Assembly: GCF_964275005.1 (NCBI RefSeq)
Contig: NC_092705.1
Span: 2,914,001-2,976,000, forward strand
From: Diadema setosum
Lineage: Eukaryota
Length of the DNA stretch: 62,000 bases
Direction of reading: 5' to 3'
Shown: positions 24,105 to 36,837 of the stretch, piece by piece
Numbering within the stretch: position 1 is the first letter of the stretch
How the letters are laid out: each line of letters opens with the position of its first letter
Position numbers and translations under genes: made by a program
The notes under the pieces: model-generated
Database searches by the model: none
Told to the model about the DNA's origin: nothing
Seen by the model: only the letters and a program-made list of their open reading frames with translations

Positions 24105-24425
24105 CTGCTCAATAATCTCTTGCTTGCATTTGATATACCTTGTCCGCCTTGGACTACTTTATATAACAATGTTGGAATTTCGGAACATGGGTGTTTATTC
24201 CAAGTTCATGTTGGAATTTTGGAACTTGGGTGTTTATTTCAAGTTCATCGTGTCACACCCGGCAACCGGGGATAGCCTGGTGGCAGTGTTGCTTCCCAGA
24301 AAGCTGTGGATGACAGATGGGATTCCTGCTATGTCCTTTTTCCGACATGTTTGTTAAATATGTAGATCAGCAGCTGCTATCTTACAAATCACATTCATAC
24401 AGAGGGCAGAGAAATTGAAGAAAAT
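24105..24425 (+). mobile_element. Diverged solo monomer of the tRNA-like element, with a ~38-bp internal tandem duplication
   Basis: CCTTGTCCGCCTTGGACTACTT ... CCGGCAACCGGGGATAGCCTGGTGG ... TTTTTCCGACATGTTTG ... AGATCAGCAG matches 4069-4310. TGTTGGAATTT...CAAGTTCA occurs twice (~24170-24248). Confidence 0.85.
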
Positions 24426-25547
24426 TTAAGATCAATCCTGTGATGGTATGCACCTTTTAGGGCAAAAAAAAAATGATTTGAAACTGAGTGATTTTTTTTT
24501 TTTTTTTTTTACTTTGCTGAGTCACTCTATATTGCATGCATACAAGAGGAGATGTTAAAACTCCTGGTCACCAATATGAAAGGATTCCCAGATCATTATG
24601 AAATTTGGCATGTGTATTTAATACATTTTACCTACAATTATTTCCAAGTCTCGGTGCTACTGTGACTGTCCTTAACAAAAGTAAGGTTTTTATGTTCAGA
24701 TTTTTGCATCTCGGTGGCAGAAAAGAGAGAGATATAACATCAGAGAAAACATTTATCTAGGAAAGCTGATATAGACGCTTCCAGTACTGGATGTGTTATG
24801 CTGTCAAACTACAGAATTAATGAATGAGGAATGGATACGTTATTCAAAACTAACAGAAATATTAAAACCAACTTGTTTTTATGCAAATTTTGTATCTTCA
24901 GGTCGAGGTGAAGATTGATTGGTATGAGTTTGTGTTTGTATATATTTTTTGTGTGCAAGGTCACATTGTAGCCCTTGAAAGCAGATACACAGGATGTTAT
25001 TGCTGCCTGATAACTTGTGAGCAAAATAAGCTCTTTCCAATAATCATTGATGCTCATCATTTCTTTCTTCTTTTTCACATCTTTCTCACACCTGCCATCG
25101 GTCTCAATCCTGTGCCCTCTCTCCTTGGTCTGCATGGATTTTGGGTGCTCACATCGGATGCGGTTTCTATGGCAACCACCATCATCTACAGGTGAGATAT
25201 TACAGAAGCAATGCCACATGTTCATGAAGTAATAGTACAATTACATCAGTAGATAAAGACATGTACAGGACAGAATCATGCAATTTGAGTGACAGATTTA
25301 ATTTCCATAGTTATTAAAACTTTCTGTCGACTGATCAGTGATTGTATTTTTTTTATCAACCTCTCAATGATAAATAAAGCCATAAAAAGAAGGGAAAAAA
25401 ATCCCCTTAAGATTATGTGTCAGAATCTCATCTGCCAAACACAGGCTTTAAATGTCATCATAATCCTGCAAAGGTTCATCTCAAAATGTTTTATGAAATT
25501 CTCTCAGAAGTTTCATCTTCTTGGTCCCTGGATTATGAGGCTTTGGT

Positions 25548-26247
25548 ATATGTGACCCTGCATCACAAAACGAACACAAAGTCGCTAGACATGAAATTTT
25601 AGTTAAGATGATATTCTGAAAGAACAGAATTTAAGCTTTCAAATGATGTATAACTCAAATCAAATGGACTCTCCTAACCCATCTAAATATTGGAAAGAAA
25701 GCACGCAATCAGGAAAAGTGTGAACTGAGAAAAGACGCTGTGAAGTACCGTGTCTATTCAAGCGCTAAATTTTTACCAAGCCGTGCTGTCTGTGGGATGA
25801 ATGGAACAAAAAACAGGATGTAAACCACCAGAGTAACAACAATGAAGGGATTATCAGATTAAACTGAAATTGAGCATGTCTTATCAACACATTCTGTCCA
25901 TAATTAATGCCAACTTTCAAAGCAGTGGCATCATTCTTTCAAAAGTTATCAGAGTTGAAAGTGAAGAGTGTGTCCAAGATTTTTAAGAAATGAAAAGGGG
26001 ACTCTAAAGACACACCTAATCACACTATTCTGCCAAAAAACTGTTCGAGATAAACTGCTAAAAAAAACACACTTTCCTGCCCATTTTATGATCCCAAAAT
26101 TTAACATAACATAGGGGAAGACTTGCTCTTTCAGAAAATATGAAAAAGTCAAGATTGGCTAGGTTGACCCATTTCACCTATTTTCAGTCCTCACACAAAA
26201 TCATTGTGTGCGACTTTTTGTTCGTTTTGTGGTGCACGGTCACATAT
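25548..26247. mobile_element. 700-bp non-autonomous TIR element, superfamily unassigned
   Basis: ATATGTGACCCTGCATCACAAAACGAACACAAAGTCGC / GCGACTTTTTGTTCGTTTTGTGGTGCACGGTCACATAT (~38-bp TIR). No coding capacity. Confidence 0.88.
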
Positions 26248-29200
26248 TGTGTCTGAAGGATAACGGTTACGCTGTGAACTTGGTTTGAATGTTTTTTCTT
26301 TGTTTTTTATGATAAGGATATGTGTATGTGCAAGTGCTAGTTTTGATTTTTGACATTAGGGCTTCTCAGTCTGCTTAGTGAGATGTTTCACATTTCAGTC
26401 CCACAGTGGAATGAGGGAGAGAGTAAGAGATAGAGAGAAAATAGGGGGGGGGGGGAGGAGAGGACCTCTTCATTAGATGAGGAACCAAGAGTAGTTGACA
26501 TGATGGTCGTGTGTGGAGAAAGAGGGAGCTGTTGACGACATTGGCGATGGTGGCTCCAAAATCTGGCCATAATTAACTACCACTTGGTCACTTTGTTGAC
26601 CGGCCCGATACAAACATCTCCCCCGCCCCTGCCCGCATTCACTCCTGGCGTGGTCCTTTGCTGGCAGTGACGGCAGCCGGTGGGGGAGGCGGCTCGGTGT
26701 TGACTCTGAAGACCCCCTAATCAATTTGGTAAATGTTAAGGTGCCGAAGAGAGCAAATAATAACCCTCCCCACTTGCTCTCTCCATCTCTCGCTCTCTGT
26801 CTTATACCAATCCCCTCCCACTTTCCCTTGTTGAGGCGATGAAATTGAATGAGTGAGAATAAAATGTCATCTTCAAGTGGCCTCTCTTGACTCATCTTGT
26901 TGTCTCACTGACACATCTTTCCTTGGCACGTCAGAGCACGTGTGTAGCGGGTCCTTGTGCTGATAAAAAAATTCTTTAATTCTTTCTTTCTTTTTTTATT
27001 TGGGGGGGGGGGGGGCTTGGAGGGGGGCTAGGGTCAGGTCTTTGAATTCAGTTGGAAAGGCAGCAACTCCGTGGTCTGATTCCTTCAACTGACAACACAA
27101 TAGTGCCCTTTAGCTGCAGGAAACAGAGGACCAGTTGAAATTATCATAGCTTCTATAAAATTGTTGTCTGTGTTTTTTTACACACTCCACTGGTACTGTT
27201 CAGTATGCATGGTATACTGTGTGAACCACGGGATGTCCACACAGTGCATAGATTTGTCATGAGATGAAACTCTGAAATTACAGGTAAAACAAGTGGGAAA
27301 CATGCATGTTGTTAATTTTGTGACTTGCAAAATTTGCAGAAATGAAACCCTCACAAAAAAAATAACAGTATTTACATTTCGGTTGTTTCAGGAGTGTGCT
27401 AGTGATTAACTTTAAACTGGGGGTTTTCTGTCCGAGAAAAAGGGAACTACACTGTATGATAGAGAAAAGATGTTTGCAGAGTCCCTGTAGACATCATGAA
27501 TCTGGTGTGTGTACGTATGTGTGTGTGTGTGTGTGTATGTGTGGGTGTGGGTGAGAGTTTGAAGGAGACTGTAGTTGTACAGCATCAGATAGATGTTTGG
27601 CAGTAAATTTGTAATTTGACATAACATGTACACTTACATACAAACCTTTGCCCAAATGGCAATCATCAGCAGCAAATTTGTGTTATCGTATAATTGCAGC
27701 TGAAACAATCTCCTGTAGAGTGGATTAATTTTGATTGTAAGGACCGTTTTTTTTTTTTTTTTTTTAGAAGAGTTGAGGGGGGAAAAAGATGTACCATTCT
27801 ATGTCTTTCTTAACTCCAAAGTTAATTTAGTCAGGAAATGGGCATACCCGAGTACTCAATGGCATGACACTGATTACCAATTACAAACCCTAACTTGTGA
27901 ACAGTAGAGAGTCTTGGCAGAAGATTGGGTGCTACTCATGGAGGTTGTATGGGGGGGGGGGGGGAGGGGGAGAAGAGTAATTGATGTGAATTAATGTTTT
28001 CCGCAAGGATGTTTGGGATAAATAATGATGGAGGCATGCTTGCCACAATCAATCGCCTTCTCTGATAATGACTTGGAAACTTTGTCAATGGAGGTTGTAA
28101 GTTTTTACTACAGGACGTTCCCATTACAAGGAACACAATTATACAAATTTTTTGATACTTTGAACTAAAAAGGAATTCAAGTCCCAAAATCATTATGTAC
28201 CTATCTTGATATATTTTATTTGTCCAGTTGTATTGAAATTTCTATATCATGAACAGAAACTTCCAGTCTTGAAGACTTTGTTTTAATCAGAGTTGCCTGT
28301 AATTTAGCATCTAATGATTTTGATGGATTCACATGAGTTCAGTTTGCAGGGATTTTCTTGTCTGATGTTGTGTCCATGCACTCTTAATCTCAGGATCTCA
28401 AATTTCAATTCATCTTCTTCTGATGAACCAAAGTCCCATATGTTGCAGTGAAAGGTCCCCTTTTTGTTGTGGGGTGAATGAAAAAGAAAGAAAAAAGCAT
28501 GCTTTTCACCAGTGACAAAATAATCAGGGATAGCGTGATGCTTATCTGGTGTGGAGGTGTTTACATCTGTCTTGTTTTCCCTTTCTGATCTTCCTCCATT
28601 GAGATAACGTTTAATGCCCGGGAGATATAACGCTTCGGAAGAAAATGCCTTCGCGAAAGCACTTAGAGCTTGAAAGAAGTGCGGTGAAGGGAAAGCGTGA
28701 GGGGGGGGGGGGGCTTTCAGTACTTGACAATGGGTGTTTCCGGGAAGTGTAAGTTACAAAATGACTCTGGGGGCACTTGGCATTTTGCCAAGAAGGAATC
28801 TGAGAATCTTGGAATTTTGCCAAGTTTGATTACATATGGGTTGCCTCTTTCTTCTCTCTTTCTCTCTCTCTTCTTTCTGTCTATATGAAGAGAGGAGTTA
28901 TTTTAACAGTGAATGAATCATGATTTTTTTTTTTTTTTTTTTTGCAAAATGGTTTGATATCTGGAGAATTTCCTGTGTTCTCTGTAACTTTGTAATATAT
29001 TTGGAAAATGTGAGGCAAAGGTGGGAGAATTGTTGCTCATGAAAGGCATTTTCTTCTCTTTTTTTTTTTTTTGTTAGGAGAACATTTAGTGTAGTATTAA
29101 ACTTGATTAATCATCAGAAGGGTGTGTGTTGTGACTGACTGCTGGAAAAAAAAATGGAGAGATAGACAAACTTGTAGTCTTGTTGCTGTTTGGTCGTTTT

Positions 29201-29330
29201 GAGAAGTAGTGGATGCTTTGCTTGGAAATTTCACACAGAAATCTTGAAGATCACATATTATGATTTAGTTTATTAGGCCAACAATTACATGACCTATGTT
29301 TTCTTCTTTTCTTTTTGCCTTGAAACTTTA

Positions 29331-29540
29331 GTATTGGTGGAGATAGAGATTGGGTGTTTAACTTTTTTTTTGAGATGCCAAGAAAGCATTTATGAAATAG
29401 TATAGAGCTTACCATTCTCAGAGGAATTCAAAGTTTATTGGATGAAAATCTGTTTTGGAATGGCCAAGACATCCAAAAACAAAGTAAAACAAAATGTTCA
29501 TAATAAAAGTTGGGTCCCACCTTCTATTATGATCGCTCTG
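29331..29540. mobile_element. Kolobok-like MITE, left half, closest to the 2018-2403 subfamily
   Basis: GTATTGGTGGAGAT...GAGGAATTCAAAGTTTA...ACATCCAAAAACAAAGTAAAACAAA...TGGGTCCCAC aligns with 2030-2240. Confidence 0.8.
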
Positions 29541-29937
29541 TTCTTCATAGATTGCAATAGATTTCCTGATATTTGAATCTGAATGTGTGTGCTTAATCAT
29601 TTCTAAAAGATTTTCTCTGTATTCAAATTAATTTCTCACTCATTTCTTTCTTTGTAATAATTTCAACTGTGGGGAAAAGAGATCAAGGGAAAGGAGAGAT
29701 TGCAATTGAACTGAAATTTTGCATTATATTGTATATACCAAATTTACTGGGGGTTTATTTTAATAAATTTCGTGAGTAGGGTTACAGATTTAACAGTATG
29801 CAAATATATTAACTCTGATGCTGACATGAATACAATGTGCAGGCTTACATTTCTCCATTCTTTACTGTATTTGAAAATTGTGAATTCAACCTCTCGTGAA
29901 ATTGTCAGAAAGTCCTGATTCACAAAAAAGCAGACTT

Positions 29938-30164
29938 CTGTATAAGCTGTTATTTTCACAAGGTTTTAATTTTCAAGAATTTCGGGAATCATAGTCAGAT
30001 CGTGAATTTAAACAACACGCATAAATGTCTTTATCCGCTTTGTTCATAGAACATAAACGTAAGCGTTGGCGTCAATTCGCAAAAACAACATCTCACGAAC
30101 ATGTCTATGACCTCGTCATTCGCGAAAATATCTGTACGCGAAAATAAGAATGTATACTGTACAG
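29938..30164. mobile_element. CTGTA...TACAG|TA MITE of a related family
   Basis: CTGTATAAGCTGTTATTTTCAC ... CGCGAAAATAAGAATGTATACTGTACAG|TA, with repeated CGCGAAAAT motifs. Confidence 0.65.
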
Positions 30165-31892
30165 TATCCTGAATATGATGGGCAATACAGTAATAGCTTG
30201 TATTTGATATGCAGGTGCATGCCACTGCTGTTTGTCCAAGTGGATGAATGCTACAAGTGTTCTGTGAAGGAGACTAGATATAACGTAAGAGGAGCAAATT
30301 CCATCACAGAAAATTGAGGAGGGGAAGGGGGGGGGGCAGGGGAGGAGGGTAATAGTCCAGAAATGGATGGGGGAGAGACAGTTCAGCAGTATAGAAGGAG
30401 ATTATGATTAAAATATGAAGAAGCAGCGATGAAAACAAAGCGAGAGTCCCAGGCTATTTGATCAGGCAGCCGTGGAGATTGCTGTGCAAATGCCAGAACT
30501 ACTGCCTGGAGATACTGGGTCCTCGTGTTTGGGGAGAGTGACAGGGCCCCAAAGCATGCATGTTCCCTCACTCCCCCCTCCCCCCCCCCCCCCCCCCCCC
30601 CCCCTTGGAGGTACAGATGTTTTGACTCTATCGTAGCTTGGAGCAAGACTGAAGGCCTGTATTCATCCGACTGAAGTTTCAAAATTGGGCATTATTTTGG
30701 GAAATTTTGGGAAATTGGGAAATTTAGGAAATAGCCCGATGTCAGATTAACTCACTATTTGTGCAATTAAGATGCAAGTAATGCGCTATTTGATCGGGAA
30801 AATTTCCCCAAATTCTTCGTCCAGTCTGTGAAAAAACATGGTAATTGGGTCGTGTCTCCATCAGCCCAAATTTTCTTGTCCCATCAAACTGTACCGCGTA
30901 CCGAGACCACAGAACTCTATGGCTGAGTGAGCCAAGTATTGATGAAAAATATACATGTGCAACTTTGGGCTAATTTCCCAAGCCGGCTGTTTACAAGCTG
31001 AAGAAGACACACATTTGTAATATTCAGCGATTATTCAGCGATTTTCCTAAACTGCAAAATAGCCTGCTAGTTTGAACTTTGGTGTGATGAAGATGTGCCT
31101 TATGATGTCAGATAGCAAATGGAGATATGGGATGTCTCTGTTTTTTTTTTAAAGGTTAAAAATAGAATGAGAAGTTTCTCTCCCCCCCATCATGAATGTA
31201 GATTCCGTTCATGCAAAAAGGTCAGTAAAACGAAAGAAAGTTTAAAATATTAAAGAAGTGTGAGAAATGTTAGAAAAGTATGAGGAGAATTGGAGAATAC
31301 ATTCAACAGTTGTTACCTTTTACTATTTTTTTTTTTTACACGCTGTGGATATCTCAGTGGGATGATTTTACTCTGATTTGTAGGTGCCTGGCAATGTGAC
31401 ATATATGTCCTATAGATGTGTAAAGGTAATTTTTCCCATATTTTGGGTGCTTCATATGGGCAATCTTGTCAAGTTATCTTTTGTTTTATGTTATGGTCTT
31501 TTCAATGGCCAGATAAATTATTTGTTTTAAAAACTTGCTATAATTGGTCAAATTCCATTGTCATATTTTATTGTGAGTGATGATTCCTTTTTCACACTCA
31601 AATGTTGAAAAAAGAATCAAAGCAAGGGCTCTATTTGAAGTAGCAATCTCAATTGTGCTGTTTAGACAATGTTGACTAATCTTCATAAGATATGAAAGTG
31701 TTGCATGGAAAAAATTGTGCCAGAATCTGAATTTGTATTCCTTTGTTTGTTTGTTTGCCTTGTTTGTATTTGCACTTACTCACTTTCTTGAATTTGACAA
31801 GAAGATTGTATTTAAGCCCCTTCCATATGGGAATCTGGTGGCTTGTGTATTAAGTCTGTGGAGATTTCAGAATTCAGTATGGAACGATTTAA

Positions 31893-32269
31893 AGGGACTG
31901 TACAGTACTGGTTGAGGTGGGGATTCATGTTTTGAACATTCCTAAGTAAGGTAATGAGAACCTCTTATGAAATAGGAAAGAGCTTGTAATTTTAAGAAGG
32001 ATTCAACGTTTATTTGATGAAAATTGGTTTTCAAATGGCTGAGATATCCAAAAAAGTGATTATAATAAAAGGTGACAGGCCACACCTTTTATTAGGATCT
32101 CTTTGTTTCACCTTGTTTTTGGATATCTCAGCCATTTCAAACCGATTTTCATCAAATAAACTTTTGATACCCTTTAGAATTGCATGCTCTTTGACATCTC
32201 ATAGAGTGGTTTCTGAATATCTCGCAAAACGTTAAAAGCGAAATCCTCACCTCGAACTGTACACACCCT
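31893..32269. mobile_element. Kolobok-like foldback MITE, full length, diverged subfamily
   Basis: TTAA|AGGGACTGTACAGT ... ACTGTACACACCCT|CTAA, with the family's internal TTGATGAAA...AAATGGCTGAGATATCC / GGATATCTCAGCCATTT...TTTCATCAA palindrome. Confidence 0.85.
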
Positions 32270-33281
32270 CTAAGGTTTCAATGTAGTTCGCAGTGATTTA
32301 GATACCAATATCTTATTACATGCAAACTACACTCTTATGTAGTGACATTAATTGCAAGTAACAATGCCAAGAAGTTAGTCCAGTTGTCTCAACCCATCAT
32401 TGCAGGAATTTACCAATTTTGTGAGAGAATGATTTGTAACAATCTGTACAAAGACAGAAAACAGGCTATATGGTATACTTCTGTATACATATAAAGAATA
32501 AAATGCAAAACACATAATTACTGTGATTGCTGTGAATCAAATCTGTCCACATGTATGATAGCAAAAATAGGGATAGAATGATGTACACGTGTACAGTACA
32601 TGGAAAATAAAGTCAGAACAAAGAAATGAAGAAACTGGAAACGAAAAAAGGAAAAGCTTTTCGATTCCTTCTGTCTGTAAGGAGATGCTTGGGAATATTT
32701 GGAGTCTGACAATTATCATCGTCTCTACCCCTTTTTTCCGTATTTCCATGCGACGACAGGTCGACCCTCCGCGAGAAGGAGTCGGGATGCCTATATTAAG
32801 AATGTCTAACAGGCCATCTTTCATTGCAGTAGATTAGTACGCACCAGAGAGGGTATCACAGACTCATAGTGCTGTACAGAGTGGGATCATTGAGTGCGCC
32901 AAAATTAGCCAATCCTGACAGATCGAGGGATGGCCGGGGAAGAACAACGACAAAAAGAAAATACCTCGAACAAAAAACAAAAACAGAGACAAGAAATGCA
33001 GTCCGACTTGCTTTGATTGATTGGTATTACCAGTTATGATACCCTTCATATACAACAGGGATCTTTTACTGTTTCATATATCCATAACAGAAACAGTAAG
33101 AGACAAACAAACAGACAGGCACACACACACACCACACACACACACACTCACAGGCAGAAGAAACACTCACTGGGAGTAAGAACCTGGAAAAAAAATTGGT
33201 TACAAAAATTTAGTTTTAGTATAGAGGCACTCACTACCTAGATTCCAACCCAGTATGTGTTTTGACATGTGGTATGTATGC

Positions 33282-33332
33282 ATAATTATAATTATGAATA
33301 ATTATGAATAATTATGAATAATGAATAATTCA
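33282..33332. repeat. (AATAATTATG)n short tandem repeat
   Basis: Direct reading. Confidence 0.85.
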
Positions 33333-34411
33333 TATTCATACTGGAGTGGCACATCATTCATATTGTGCAGAAATAACATATATTGTCATACATCCATGTG
33401 TTGAAGAACGTGAGATTTCGTGTCCTATTAGTTTTGAAAGTGAGCTCAGTCTGCGTACTAACACCAATCCTTCCTTTTTTACCACCTTGTTGAATAGTCA
33501 AGAAAAAAAAAGAACGGAAGAAAGGAAAAGAAGAAAAAAGGGGGAAGAAGATGAAGAAAAGCTTCACTACAGCATTCCAGTCTGTGTCGAGGGCAGTGTC
33601 TCCCCTCCAATTTATTCATCTCCCAAAAATATAAACAAAATTGAGCAGAAAATGCGAGGATTGTGGCTTTCTCGCAGAGCAATCTCGCTGGACGGCCAGG
33701 GTGGCTGCCGGGAAGGAAGAAATGCGGTACTGTCGCCCCGCAAGGAGCGATTCGTCACTGAATAGATGCATAAACCGCAGAAAATTGGCTCTGCTTTCTT
33801 AACCTGGGGAGCAAACAGTATTTGCATGGGAATGCACCCAGATTCTAGGGTAGCCACAACCACCACCACCGCAAGGATTGAAATCAGATTTTAACCTCAG
33901 CGCAGAGCCCTTTTTTTTCCCTCCCCTTTTCATCTTACACTGTGTTGAGGCCCCCTTGTGCATTTTTATCAGTAGAATGAAAGAACTTTATTTGCTTAAT
34001 ATTGGCAAATCATTTTTTTGTAGTTCTGCAGAGTTTTGTTTTTCTTCTCTTTTTTTTTTATTTTTGATTGTTGCAAGGCTAAAAACGAATGCCTGGAAGG
34101 ACTGTTTTGATTATGGATGCATCATCCTTCGCCTGCTCCCGACATTTTGATTTCCGCCTCATTGAGCTCTTGCGTAAAAGCTGGTGTTCTTGTTATATAT
34201 CATCGGCGGAGTTCGTTACACGTCTGGCCTGAGGTATGATGCTGTCAATGTCTTGATGCCGTTTTAGACAAAAGGAATCTCAACAAATCGATCAAAGTAG
34301 CGTGATGTTTCCACTCAGTGATTGGAAGATATCTCACCTCCGAGAATTGTATGGATGAGTTCCAAAGTCTTGCTGCCGTTATGACATAGGAAACTCAACG
34401 GCCTGATCTAA

Positions 34412-34881
34412 TACCCCTTTCAGGTAATCGCGGTTCAATTATCCGCATCCAAATAATGCGGATGAAGTAGTCAAAATCGCGTTCATATATCCCATGAAGT
34501 GCGCACTACTTTTACGAGCACCCGTTCATATAATGGTGCGAAGGACGGAGTTATTTGTCATGGTTACGGCGCACGCCTCTATAATGACGTAATGTTTCCG
34601 GTGAATATCCTCACGTGTATGCACACCTCTCGCGCGCTCAAGCTCAGCAATCAGCGGTTGTGCGGGAAATCGAGTGACCTTTGACCGAACTGTGGAATGT
34701 TAGTGCGGATAAGTCGTAAAACGCGTTCATGTATTCTCGATCTACTCCTTATGCTGCAATTATGCGCATAATAGCAGCATCAAAATAATGCGCACTTTTC
34801 TACTCCTCTCCCGTTCATGTAATCGAAATTTTACGACTTTGTGCTCCTATTATTCGCATCCACGATTACCTGAAAGGGGTC
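34412..34881. mobile_element. 470-bp PIF/Harbinger-like MITE with TAA target-site duplication
   Basis: TAA|TACCCCTTTCAGGTAATCGCGG ... CCACGATTACCTGAAAGGGGTC|TAA. Internal repeats AAATAATGCG, CGCGTTCAT and CCCGTTCAT. CpG-rich interior. Confidence 0.82.
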
Positions 34882-35113
34882 TAAGTCTCGGGGCATTTCC
34901 ACAGGGCATTTGTGAATTATCTCACCTTCAAAATTCAAATCTTATGGTGTTAAATCCAATCACTGATGCATAACAAAGAGAAGTAAGACTGATGGATTTT
35001 GAAGGAAGTTATGCATCTGTTCATTTATCACTGAAAGTATTGTTGAATTTGATACACATAGAAAGATAAATACATAGATACATAGAGTGACAGATAAGCA
35101 TTTTACAATAGTA

Positions 35114-35245
35114 GATCTAGGGATAGGCAGATAGGTAGATAGATACATGTAGGTAGATGAATAATGGATAAAATGATGGAGAAGTAGCTAGATACAGTGT
35201 ATGGATAGATGGATAGATGAATAGATAGGGAGGTACATATCTATG

Positions 35246-35310
<65 letters not shown>

Positions 35311-35437
35311 GGAGGGATAGGCAAATAGGTAGATAGGCCGAGATACATGTAGGTAGATGAATAATAGATAAAAAGATGTAGAAGTAGCTAGATACAGTGT
35401 ATGGATAGATGAATAGATAGGGAGGTACATATCTACG

Positions 35438-35490
<53 letters not shown>

Positions 35491-35835
35491 GGAGGGATAG
35501 GCAGATAGGTAGATAGGCCTAGATACATGTAGGTAGATGAATAATAGATAAAAAGATGTAGAGGTAGCTAGATACAGTATATTGATAGATGGATAGATAA
35601 ATAGAAAGGTACATGTCTAGATAGATAGATAGATAGATAGATAGATCTAGGGATAGGCAGATAGGTAGATAGATGCATGTAGGTAGATGAATAATGGATA
35701 AAAAGATGGAGAAGTAGCTAGATACAGTGTATGGATAGATGGATAGATGAATAGATAGAGAGGTACATATCTAAATAGATAGATATATAGATAGATAGAT
35801 GGATAGATAGATGAATGAATAAATAGATGAATAGA
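35114..35835. repeat. Minisatellite of four ~155-195-bp units built on (GATA)n
   Basis: GGGATAGGCA(G/A)ATAGGTAGATAG...CATGTAGGTAGATGAATAAT...GTAGCTAGATACAGT...AGGTACAT recurs at ~35120, 35315, 35495 and 35650. Each unit ends in a (GATA)n tract. Confidence 0.93.
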
Positions 35836-36800
35836 AAGTTAGAAAGTGAAAGGAGAAAAGCACTGAGCAAAACATAAGATGTCTTCCCTTCCAGAATATC
35901 AGTTTTCACATTGGCAGACATGATTTTTCATTGGGATTTTTTTTTTATCATGATGATTTCCACGTTTCTGTCGCTTGAATTAATTTCCTGTTTCTTCAAG
36001 CACTGACTGCTTGATAGTCAGTATGGTCTGTATTCAATGTGCATTTTTGCAATTACCAAGCAGTAATGAGTGGAAATATCGCTGTGTTATTATTGATCTA
36101 ATTATACTAAATCATGCCTCCATGATGAAATAATGGCACTAAACAAGCCTCCATACACCATTATATTACTCTATGATTTTATCAGAAGATCTGTGCTTGT
36201 ACATTTCCGTCATTTGATCGCTGCCCACACATCTCAAAGACACGATAGCGGTGACTGTTACTGTTAATGTTCAAGTGCTGTCTTCGTGTTCATCACAACC
36301 AAATGGTATGGAATACACACACACACACCCATTTGCTACTGTAGTATAGCAGACAATGTGTCTATAATGTTATTATGCTACTTGCTACTTCCATGCACAG
36401 TATTCCCCTTCGTTTCATCTTGGCGGTACGGCTGCATTCGTCGTCCGGATGACACGTGTACCGCCATACCCTGACTACCTGTTACGTCGAAAGTCCCATT
36501 GTCATCTTCTATATTGTAGCCGAATGGTACCGAGAACAGAGACACATATCATTGTTGGTCACACACTAAATATGGCACATGATTTCCATCGATGTTGTGA
36601 TTACAGGACCTGCAATATCTTAAAACAGCATTACCCATCATCTCACATTGGCTTCACCATTACAGTTATACTATGCACCTGTAGCTTGATGCTACAAAGA
36701 ACTAGTTATAGATGAATCCGACTTCAGAGCATTGTATACAAATATTGACTGCTTCAGAGGGGGATGGTAAAACCATTTGCACCAAGGTGATTTCTCAACA

Positions 36801-36837
36801 GTGATATGCCCCGAGACGAAGTCGAGGGGCATATCAC
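36801..36837. other. Small perfect hairpin, probable transposon remnant
   Basis: GTGATATGCCCC-GAGACGAAGTCGA-GGGGCATATCAC (12-bp perfect stem). Confidence 0.7.

Noticed and set aside
34250..34410. 117-bp (39-codon) periodicity suggesting a repeat-protein exon
   Set aside because: Stops occur in all three plus-strand frames and small indels separate the units.
35114..35835. CRISPR-like repeat/spacer periodicity
   Set aside because: Eukaryotic context, the intervening sequence is (GATA)n rather than unique spacers, and there are no cas genes.
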